A DNA stretch of 64,000 nt from Phallusia mammillata. Taxonomy: Eukaryota. Where the stretch lies: assembly GCA_965637545.1 (NCBI GenBank), contig OZ281497.1:22072001-22136000 (forward strand), read 5' to 3'. The translations under genes were made by a program, and so were the position numbers. Below, one piece after another: positions 40,501 to 52,500 of the stretch. The first letter of the stretch is position 1. Every line of letters begins with the position of its first letter. Below the pieces are notes generated by a model, which was not told the origin of the DNA, did no database searches, and saw only the letters and a list, made by a program, of their open reading frames with translations.

Positions 40501-43500
40501 TCTGTTTGTGTACTTCTTGGCCCTTATCAAATTTCTTCTGTTTGAATACCGGTATTAAAAACAACAAGTAACCGAACTTACTTTCACGGCACGTTCGATC
40601 GCCCTTGCAGTATAGGTATTGGCTGCTTTTAAGTGCATCATATTAATAAAAGAGTCTTGTAAACATCGGATTGTTTTGCATTCACCAAGTTCAGTAGGCG
40701 ATTGATAGTGACTTGGGCTCGTTGATAAATAAGTAAGGCTGAAAGCAAATTTTGAAAATAGTGTATGAATTAAAAAAAATTAGAAATGAAAGGTTACTTT
40801 CTGCCGTTTAATTGGCCATATTGAAGAACTCCAACTTGTAGGCAGGAACAAATCGAACGCGTGAAGCTTAAAGACGAATTAAGAAGACCTTCTCTGATTG
40901 TTTCAAAACTTGAAGAGCTTATTAAATTCGAAGAGTCCACAAGTAAAATCAGATCAGTGCTGTTTGGTTTGGACGACGGGTCTACAATGATAGAGTTACA
41001 ACCGGTTTGTTGGTGGCTAATAACTCGCTGGTGGAAGTTATTTTACCAGTTGTAGGTACTTTGATGGTCGTTGTTGACTCATTTACGGGTGTTGGTTTGT
41101 CGGTGGTTATTGGTGTGAAGGTTGGTGTTTGCTCTGTTGTAAAATTCTTGCAGTCTGTATAACAACAGTTATAATCCTTACAGGTCTATACGATTTCAAG
41201 CACTTTTTTATCTTCGTTGTTTAACCGGTCAAGGTTTTTAGCGGTGGTACAGTTTATAAAGTATGTTTTTGTACAGCAAGAAACGAACCTGTGTCACAGT
41301 GTGGAACGACATGGGAGTAAATGTTAGTAAGAATGGCTGCAAGCTGCTCAAAGGATCCCACTGTGGTTACTCTTTCATCAGATATTCCTCCATTGGCGCT
41401 TATTTGAAGTTGTTCATGACTTACTCTTGTGCCAATTCCAATGGCGTAGACGGTGACGTTGTTGGATTGAGTCAGGGCAAAACTTAAAACGAAATATTCT
41501 TGCAAGTAACTTTTCGCTGTAATATCACGATTCTTTATTTCTTATCAATATTTAAATTGCATTATTGACAATGTGTCAGGAAAAAGGTTTAAACTTTGCA
41601 AAATCTTGCAACCTGGTATGAAGCAGTTTGTAATCTGTCGCTGCTCCATCGGTGATGAGAACTAGGACCTTATTGGCAAAATCTGCCCTTAATGATTGAT
41701 TGAAATTGATCTAAACAAAATGAAAATACAGTCAACTTGTACTTTATAAGATGGTTAAATAAATTTCACACTTATAGCTACATATCTGTTTCTGTACTTC
41801 TTGGCCCTTATCAAATTTCTTCTGTTTGAACACCGGTATTTAAAACAACAAGTAACCGAACTTACTTTCACGGCACGTTCGATCGCCCTTGCAGTATAGG
41901 TATTAGCTGCTTTTAAATGCTTCATATTCATGAGAGAGTCTTGTAAACATCGGATTGTTTTGCATTCACCAAGTTCAGTTGGCGATTGATAGTGACTTGG
42001 GCTCGTTGATAAATAAGTGAGGCTGAAAGCAAATTTTGAAAATAGTGTATGAATTAAAAAAAATTTAGAAATGAAAGGTTACTTTCTGCCGTTTAAGTGG
42101 CCATATTGAAGAACTCCAACTTGTAGGCAGGAACAAATCGAACGCGTGAAGCTTAAAGACGAATTAAGAAGACCTTCTCTGATTGTTTCAAAACTTGAAG
42201 AGCTTATTGAATTCGAAGAGTCCACAAGTAAAATCAGATCAGTGCTGTTTGGTTTGGGCGACGGGTCTACAATGATAGAGTTACAACCGGTTTGTTGGTG
42301 GCCAATAACTCGCTGGTGGAATTTATTTTACCAGTTGTAGGTACTTTGATGGTCGTTGTTGACTCATTTACGGGTGTTGGTTTGTCAGTGGTTATTGGTG
42401 TGAAGGTTGGTGTTTGCTCTGTTGTAAAATTCTTGCAGTCTGTATAACAACAGTTATAATCCATACAGGTCTATACGATTTCAAGCACTTTTTTATCTTC
42501 GTTGTTTAACCGGTCAAGGTTTTTAGCGGTGGTACAGTTTATAAAGTATGTTTTTGTACAGCAAGAAACCAACCTGTGTCACAATGAGGAACGACATGGG
42601 AGTAAATGTTAGTAAGAATGGCTGCAAGCTGCTCAAAGGATCCCACTGTGGTTACTCTTTCATCAGATATTCCTCCATTGGCGCTTATTTGAAGTTGCTC
42701 ATGACTTACTCTTGTGCCAATTCCAATGACGTAGACGGTGACGTTGTTGGATTGAGTCAGGGCAAAACTTAAAACGAAATAGTCTTGTAAGAAACTTTTC
42801 GCGGTAATATCACGATTCTTTATTTCTTATCAATATTTAAATTGCATTATTGACAATGTGTCAGGACAAGGTTTAAACTTTGCAAAATCTTGCAACCTGG
42901 TATGAAGCAGTTTGTAATCTGTCGCTGCTCCATCGGTGATGAGAACTAGGACCTTATTGGCAAAATCTGCCCTTAATGATTGATTGAAATTGATCTAAAC
43001 AAAATGAAAATACAGTCAACTTGTACTTTATAAGATGGTTAAATAAATTTCACACTTGCAGCTACATATCTGTTTGTGTACTTCTTGGCCCTTATCAAAT
43101 TTCTTCTGTTTGAACACCGGTATTTAAAACAACAAGTAACCGAACTTACTTTCACGGCACGTTCGATCGCCCTTGCAGTATAGGTATTGGCTGCTTTCAA
43201 ATGCTTCATATTCATAAAAGAGTCTTGCAAACATTGGATTGTTTTGCATTCACCAAGTTCAGTAGGCGATTGATAGTGAATTGGGCTCGTTGATAAATAA
43301 GTGAGGCTGAAAGCAAATTTTGAAAATAGTGTATGAATTAAAAAAAATTAGAAATGAAAGGTTACTTTCTGCCGTTTAACTGGCCATATTGAAGAACTCC
43401 AACTTGTAGGCAGGAACAAATCGAACGCGTGAAGCTTAAAGACGAATTAAGAAGACCTTCTCTGATTGTTTCAAAACTTGAAGAGCTTATTGAATTCGAA

Positions 43501-46500
43501 GAGTCCACAAGTAAAATCAGATCAGTGCTGTTTGGTTTGGACGACGGGTCTACAATGATAGAGTTACAACCGGTTTGTTGGTGGCCAATAACTCGCTGGT
43601 GGAAGTTATTTTACCAGTTGTAGGTACTTTGATGGTCGTTGTTGACTCATTTACGGGTGTTGGTTTGTCAGTGGTTATTGGTGTGAAGGTTGGTGTTTGC
43701 TCTGTTGTAAAATTCTTGCAGTCTGTATAACAACAGTTATAATCCATACAGGTCTATACGATTTCAAGCACTTTTTTATCTTCGTTGTTTATCCGGTCAA
43801 GGTTTATAGCGGTGGTACAGTTTATAAAGTATGTTTTTGTACAGCAAGAAACCAACCTGTGTCACAGTGTGGAACGACATGAGAGTAAATGTTAGTAAGA
43901 ATGGATGGAAGTTGTTCAAAGGATCCCACTGTGGTTACTCTTTCATCAGATATTCCTCCATTGGCGCTTATTTGAAGTTGCTCTTGGCTTACTCTTGTGC
44001 CAATTCCAATGACGTAGACGGTGACGTTGTTGGATTGAGTCAGGGCAAAACTTAAAACGAAATAGTCTTGTAAGAAACTTTTCGCGGTAATATCACGATT
44101 CTTTATTTCTTATCAATATTTAAATTGCATTATTGACAATGTGTCAGGACAAGGTTTAAACTTTGCAAAATCTTGCAACCTGGTATGAAGCAGTTTGTAA
44201 TCTGTCGCTGCTCCATCGGTGATGAGAACTAGGACCTTATTGGCAAAATCTGCCCTTAATGATTGATTGAAATTGATCTAAACAAAATGAAAATACAGTC
44301 AACTTGTACTTTATAAGATGGTTAAATAAATTTTCCACTTGCAGCTACATATCTGTTTGTGTACTTCTTGGCCCTTATCAAATTTCTTCTGTTTGAACAC
44401 CGGTATTTAAAACAACAAGTAACCGAACTTACTTTCACGGCACGTTCGATCGCCCTTGCAGTATAGGTATTGGCTGCTTTCAAATGCTTCATATTCATAA
44501 AAGAGTCTTGCAAACATTGGATTGTTTTGCATTCACCAAGTTCAGTAGGCGATTGATAGTGAATTGGGCTCGTTGATAAATAAGTGAGGCTGAAAGCAAA
44601 TTTTGAAAATAGTGTATGAAAAAAAAATTAGAAATGAAAGGTTACTTTCTGCCGTTTAACTGGCCATATTGAAGAACTCCAACTTGTAGGCAGGAACAAA
44701 TGGAACGCGTGAAGCTTAAAGACGAATTAAGAAGACCTTCTCTGATTGTTTCAAAACTTGAAGAGCTTATTGAATTCGAAGAGTCCACAAGTAAAATCAG
44801 ATCAGTGCTGTTTGGTTTGGGCGACGGGTCTACAATGATAGAGTTGCAACCGGTTTGTTGGTGGCTAATAACTCGCTGGTGGAAGTTATTTTACCAGTTG
44901 TAGGTACTTTGATGGTCGTTGTTGACTCATTTACGGGTGTTGGTTTGTCGGTGGTTGTTGGTGTGAAGGTTGGTGTTTGCTCTGTTGTAAAATTCTTGCA
45001 GTCTGTATAACAACAGGTATATTCCTTTCAGGTCTATACGATTTCAAGCACTTTTTTATCTTCGTTGTTTAACCGGTCAAGGTTTATAGCGGTGGTACAG
45101 TTTATAAAGTATGTTTTTGTACAGCAAGAAACCAACCTGTGTCACAGTGTGGAACGACATGAGAGTAAATGTTAGTAAGAATGGATGGAAGTTGTTCAAA
45201 GGATCCCACTGTGGTTACTCTTTCATCAGATATTCCTCCATTGGCGCTTATTTGAAGTTGCTCATGGCTTACTCTTGTGCCAATTCCAATGACGTAGACG
45301 GTGACGTTGTTGGATTGAGTCAGGGCAAAACTTAAAACGAAATAGTCTTGTAAGAAACTTTTCGCTGTAATATCACGATTCTTTATTTCTTATCAATATT
45401 TAAATTGCATTATTGACAATGTGTCAGGACAAGGTTTAAACTTTGCAAAATCTTGCAACCTGGTATGAAGCAGTTTGTAATCTGTCGCTGCTCCATCGGT
45501 GATGAGAACTAGGACCTTATTGGCAAAATCTGCCCTTAATGATTGATTGAAATTGATCTAAACAAAATGAAAATACAGTCAACTTGTACTTTATAAGATG
45601 GTTAAATAAATTTCACACTTGCAGCTACATATCTGTTTGTGTACTTCTTGGCCCTTATCAAATTTCTTCTGTTTGAACACCGGTATTTAAAACAACAAGT
45701 AACCGAACTTACTTTCACGGCACGTTCGATCGCCCTTGCAGTATAGGTATTGGCTGCTTTCAAATGCTTCATATTCATAAAAGAGTCTTGCAAACATTGG
45801 ATTGTTTTGCATTCACCAAGTTCAGTAGGCGATTGATAGTGAATTGGGCTCGTTGATAAATAAGTGAGGCTGAAAGCAAATTTTGAAAATAGTGTATGAA
45901 AAAAAAATTAGAAATGAAAGGTTACTTTCTGCCGTTTAACTGGCCATATTGAAGAACTCCAACTTGTAGGCAGGAACAAATGGAACGCGTGAAGCTTAAA
46001 GACGAATTAAGAAGACCTTCTCTGATTGTTTCAAAACTTGAAGAGCTTATTGAATTCGAAGAGTCCACAAGTAAAATCAGATCAGTGCTGTTTGGTTTGG
46101 GCGACGGGTCTACAATGATAGAGTTGCAACCGGTTTGTTGGTGGCTAATAACTCGCTGGTGGAAGTTATTTTACCAGTTGTAGGTACTTTGATGGTCGTT
46201 GTTGACTCATTTACGGGTGTTGGTTTGTCGGTGGTTGTTGGTGTGAAGGTTGGTGTTTGCTCTGTTGTAAAATTCTTGCAGTCTGTATAACAACAGGTAT
46301 AATCCTTTCAGGTCTATACGATTTCAAGCACTTTTTTATCTTCGTTGTTTAACCGGTCAAGGTTTATAGCGGTGGTACAGTTTATAAAGTATGTTTTTAT
46401 ACAGCAAGAAACCAACCTGTGTCACAGTGTGGAACGACATGAGAGTAAATGTTAGTAAGAATGGATGGAAGTTGTTCAAAGGATCCCACTGTGGTTACTC

Positions 46501-49500
46501 TTTCATCAGATATTCCTCCATTGGCGCTTATTTGAAGTTGCTCATGGCTTACTCTTGTGCCAATTCCAATGACGTAGACGGTGACGTTGTTGGATTGAGT
46601 CAGGGCAAAACTTAAAACGAAATAGTCTTGTAAGAAACTTTTCGCTGTAATATCACGATTCTTTATTTCTTATCAATATTTAAATTGCATTATTGGCAAT
46701 GTGTCAGGACAAGGTTTAAACTTTGCAAAATCTTGCAACCTGGTATGAAGCAGTTTGTAATCTGTCGCTGCTCCATCGGTGATGAGAACTAGGACCTTAT
46801 TGGCAAAATCTGCTCTTAATGATTGATTGAAATTGATCTAAACAAAATGAAAATACAGTCAACTTGTACTTTATAAGAAGGTTAAATAAATTTCACACTT
46901 ATAGCTACATATCTGTTTGTGTACTTCTTGGCCCCTATCAAATTTCTTCTGTTTGAACACCGGTATTTAAAACAACAAGTAACCGAACTTACTTTCACGG
47001 CACGTTCGATCGCCCTTGCAGTATAGGTATTGGCTGCTTTCAAATGCTTCATATTCATAAAAGAGTCTTGCAAACATTGGATTGTTTTGCATTCACCAAG
47101 TTCAGTAGGCGATTGATAGTGAATTGGGCTCGTTGATAAATAAGTGAGGCTGAAAGCAAATTTTGAAAATAGTGTATGAATTAAAAAAAATCATTTAGGA
47201 ATGAAAGGTTACTTTCTGCCGTTTAATTGGCCATATTGAAGAACTCCAACTTGTAGGCAGGAACAAATGGAACGCGTGAAGCTTAAAGACGAATTAAGAA
47301 GACCTTCTCTGATTGTTTCAAAACTTGAAGAGCTTATTGAATTCGAAGAGTCCACAAGTAAAATCAGATCAGTGCTGTTTGGTTTGGGCGACGGGTCTAC
47401 AATGATAGAGTTACAACCGGTTTGTTGGTGGCTAATAACTCGCTGGTGGAAGTTATTTTACCAGTTGTAGGTACTTTGATGGTCGTTGTTGACTCATTTA
47501 CGGGTGTTGGTTTGTCGGTGGTTGTTGGTGTGAAGGTTGGTGTTTGCTCTGTTGTAAAATTCTTGCAGTCTGTATAACAACAGGTATATTCCTTTCAGGT
47601 CTATACGATTTCAAGCACTTTTTTATCTTCGTTGTTTAACCGGTCAAGGTTTATAGCGGTGGTACAGTTTATAAAGTATGTTTTTGTACAGCAAGAAACC
47701 AACCTGTGTCACAGTGTGGAACGACATGAGAGTAAATGCTAGTAAGAATGGATGGAAGTTGTTCAAAGGATCCCACTGTGGTTACTCTTTCATCAGATAT
47801 TCCTCCATTGGCGCTTATTTGAAGTTGCTCATGGCTTACTCTTGTGCCAATTCCAATGACGTAGACGGTGACGTTGTTGGATTGAGTCAGGGCAAAACTT
47901 AAAACGAAATAGTCTTGTAAGAAACTTTTCGCTGTAATATCACGATTCTTTATTTCTTATCAATATTTAAATTGCATTATTGGCAATGTGTCAGGACAAG
48001 GTTTAAACTTTGCAAAATCTTGCAACCTGGTATGAAGCAGTTTGTAATCTGTCGCTGCTCCATCGGTGATGAGAACTAGGACCTTATTGGCAAAATCTGC
48101 TCTTAATGATTGATTGAAATTGATCTAAACAAAATGAAAATACAGTCAACTTGTACTTTATAAGATGGTTAAATAAATTTCACACTTGCAGCTACATATC
48201 TGTTTGTGTACTTCTTGGCCCCTATCAAATTTCTTCTGTTTGAACACCGGTATTTAAAACAACAAGTAACCGAACTTACTTTCACGGCACGTTCGATCGC
48301 CCTTGCAGTATAGGTATTGGCTGCTTTCAAATGCTTCATATTCATAAAAGAGTCTTGCAAACATTGGATTGTTTTGCATTCACCAAGTTCAGTAGGCGAT
48401 TGATAGTGAATTGGGCTCGTTGATAAATAAGTGAGGCTGAAAGCAAATTTTGAAAATAGTGTATGAATTAAAAAAAATCATTTAGGAATGAAAGGTTACT
48501 TTCTGCCGTTTAATTGGCCATATTGAAGAACTCCAACTTGTAGGCAGGAACAAATGGAACGCGTGAAGCTTAAAGACGAATTAAGAAGACCTTCTCTGAT
48601 TGTTTCAAAACTTGAAGAGCTTATTGAATTCGAAGAGTCCACAAGTAAAATCAGATCAGTGCTGTTTGGTTTGGGCGACGGGTCTACAATGATAGAGTTA
48701 CAACCGGTTTGTTGGTGGCTAATAACTCGCTGGTGGAAGTTATTTTACCAGTTGTAGGTACTTTGATGGTCGTTGTTGACTCATTTACGGGTGTTGGTTT
48801 GTCGGTGGTTGTTGGTGTGAAGGTTGGTGTTTGCTCTGTTGTAAAATTCTTGCAGTCTGTATAACAACAGGTATATTCCTTTCAGGTCTATACGATTTCA
48901 AGCACTTTTTTATCTTCGTTGTTTAACCGGTCAAGGTTTATAGCGGTGGTACAGTTTATAAAGTATGTTTTTGTACAGCAAGAAACCAACCTGTGTCACA
49001 GTGTGGAACGACATGAGAGTAAATGCTAGTAAGAATGGATGGAAGTTGTTCAAAGGATCCCACTGTGGTTACTCTTTCATCAGATATTCCTCCATTGGCG
49101 CTTATTTGAAGTTGCTCATGGCTTACTCTTGTGCCAATTCCAATGACGTAGACGGTGACGTTGTTGGATTGAGTCAGGGCAAAACTTAAAACGAAATAGT
49201 CTTGTAAGAAACTTTTCGCTGTAATATCACGATTCTTTATTTCTTATCAATATTTAAATTGCATTATTGGCAATGTGTCAGGACAAGGTTTAAACTTTGC
49301 AAAATCTTGCAACCTGGTATGAAGCAGTTTGTAATCTGTCGCTGCTCCATCGGTGATGAGAACTAGGACCTTATTGGCAAAATCTGCTCTTAATGATTGA
49401 TTGAAGTTGATCTAAACAAAATGAAAATACAGTCAACTTGTACTTTATAAGATGGTTAAATAAATTTCACACTTGCAGCTACATATCTGTTTGTGTACTT

Positions 49501-52500
49501 CTTGGCCCCTATCAAATTTCTTCTGTTTGAACACCGGTATTTAAAACAACAAGTAACCGAACTTACTTTCACGGCACGTTCGATCGCCCTTGCAGTATAG
49601 GTATTGGCTGCTTTCAAATGCTTCATATTCATAAAAGAGTCTTGCAAACATTGGATTGTTTTGCATTCACCAAGTTCAGTAGGCGATTGATAGTGAATTG
49701 GGCTCGTTGATAAATAAGTGAGGCTGAAAGCAAATTTTGAAAATAGTGTATGAATTAAAAAAAATCATTTAGGAATGAAAGGTTACTTTCTGCCGTTTAA
49801 TTGGCCATATTGAAGAACTCCAACTTGTAGGCAGGAACAAATGGAACGCGTGAAGCTTAAAGACGAATTAAGAAGACCTTCTCTGATTGTTTCAAAACTT
49901 GAAGAGCTTATTGAATTCGAAGAGTCCACAAGTAAAATCAGATCAGTGCTGTTTGGTTTGGGCGACGGGTCTACAATGATAGAGTTACAACCGGTTTGTT
50001 GGTGGCTAATAACTCGCTGGTGGAAGTTATTTTACCAGTTGTAGGTACTTTGATGGTCGTTGTTGACTCATTTACGGGTGTTGGTTTGTCGGTGGTTGTT
50101 GGTGTGAAGGTTGGTGTTTGCTCTGTTGTAAAATTCTTGCAGTCTGTATAACAACAGGTATATTCCTTTCAGGTCTATACGATTTCAAGCACTTTTTTAT
50201 CTTCGTTGTTTAACCGGTCAAGGTTTATAGCGGTGGTACAGTTTATAAAGTATGTTTTTGTACAGCAAGAAACCAACCTGTGTCACAGTGTGGAACGACA
50301 TGAGAGTAAATGCTAGTAAGAATGGATGGAAGTTGTTCAAAGGATCCCACTGTGGTTACTCTTTCATCAGATATTCCTCCATTGGCGCTTCTTTGAAGTT
50401 GCTCATGGCTTACTCTTGTGCCAATTCCAATGGCGTAGACGGTGACGTTGTTGGATTGAGTCAGGGCAAAACTTAAAACGAAATAGTCTTGTAAGAAACT
50501 TTTCGCTGTAATATCACGATTCTTTATTTCTTATCAATATTTAAATTGCATTATTGGCAATGTGTCAGGACAAGGTTTAAACTTTGCAAAATCTTGCAAC
50601 CTGGTATGAAGCAGTTTGTAATCTGTCGCTGCTCCATCGGTGATGAGAACTAGGACCTTATTGGCAAAATCTGCTCTTAATGATTGATTGAAGTTGATCT
50701 AAACAAAATGAAAATACAGTCAACTTGTACTTTATAAGATGGTTAAATAAATTTCACACTTGCAGCTACATATCTGTTTGTGTACTTCTTGGCCCCTATC
50801 AAATTTCTTCTGTTTGAACACCGGTATTTAAAACAACAAGTAACCGAACTTACTTTCACGGCACGTTCGATCGCCCTTGCAGTATAGGTATTGGCTGCTT
50901 TCAAATGCTTCATATTCATAAAAGAGTCTTGCAAACATTGGATTGTTTTGCATTCACCAAGTTCAGTAGGCGATTGATAGTGAATTGGGCTCGTTGATAA
51001 ATAAGTGAGGCTGAAAGCAAATTTTGAAAATAGTGTATGAATTAAAAAAAATCATTTAGGAATGAAAGGTTACTTTCTGCCGTTTAATTGGCCATATTGA
51101 AGAACTCCAACTTGTAGGCAGGAACAAATCGAACGCGTGAAGCTTAAAGACGAATTAAGAAGACCTTCTCTGATTGTTTCAAAACTTGAAGAGCTTATTG
51201 AATTCGAAGAGTCCACAAGTAAAATCAGATCAGTGCTGTTTGGTTTGGGCGACGGGTCTACAATGATAGAGTTACAACCGGTTTGTTGGTGGCTAATAAC
51301 TCGCTGGTGGAAGTTATTTTACCAGTTGTAGGTACTTTGATGGTCGTTGTTGACTCATTTACGGGTGTTGGTTTGTCGGTGGTTGTTGGTGTGAAGGTTG
51401 GTGTTTGCTCTGTTGTAAAATTCTTGCAGTCTGTATAACAACAGGTATATTCCTTTCAGGTCTATACGATTTCAAGCACTTTTTTATCTTCGTTGTTTAA
51501 CCGGTCAAGGTTTATAGCGGTGGTACAGTTTATAAAGTATGTTTTTGTACAGCAAGAAACCAACCTGTGTCACAGTGTGGAACGACATGAGAGTAAATGC
51601 TAGTAAGAATGGATGGAAGTTGTTCAAAGGATCCCACTGTGGTTACTCTTTCATCAGATATTCCTCCATTGGCGCTTCTTTGAAGTTGCTCATGGCTTAC
51701 TCTTGTGCCAATTCCAATGGCGTAGACGGTGACGTTGTTGGATTGAGTCAGGGCAAAACTTAAAACGAAATAGTCTTGTAAGAAACTTTTCGCTGTAATA
51801 TCACGATTCTTAATTTCTTATCAATATTTGATATTGCATTATTGACAATGTGTCAGGACAAGGTTTAAACTTTGCAAAATCTTGCAACCTGGTATGAAGC
51901 AGTTTGTAATCTGTCGCTGCTCCATCGGTGATGAGAACTAGGACCTTATTGGCAAAATCTGCCCTTAATGATTGATTGAAATTGATCTAAACAAAATGAA
52001 AATACAGTCAACTTGTACTTTATAAAAAGGTTAAATAAATTTCACACTTATAGCTACATATCTGTTTGTGTACTTCTTGGCCCTTATCAAATTTCTTCTG
52101 TTTGAACACCGGTATTTAAAACAACAAGTAACCGAACTTACTTTCACGGCACGTTCGATCGCCCTTGCAGTATAGGTATTGGCTGCTTTCAAATGCTTCA
52201 TATTCATAAAAGAGTCTTGCAAACATTGGATTGTTTTGCATTCACCAAGTTCAGTAGGCGATTGATAGTGAATTGGGCTCGTTGATAAATAAGTGAGGCT
52301 GAAAGCAAATTTTGAAAATAGTGTATGAAAAAAAAAATTAGAAATGAAAGGTTACTTTCTGCCGTTTAACTGGCCATATTGAAGAACTCCAACTTGTAGG
52401 CAGGAACAAATGGAACGCGTGAAGCTTAAAGACGAATTAAGAAGGCCTTCTCTGATTGTTTCAAAACTTGAAGAGCTTATTGAATTCGAAGAGTCCACAA

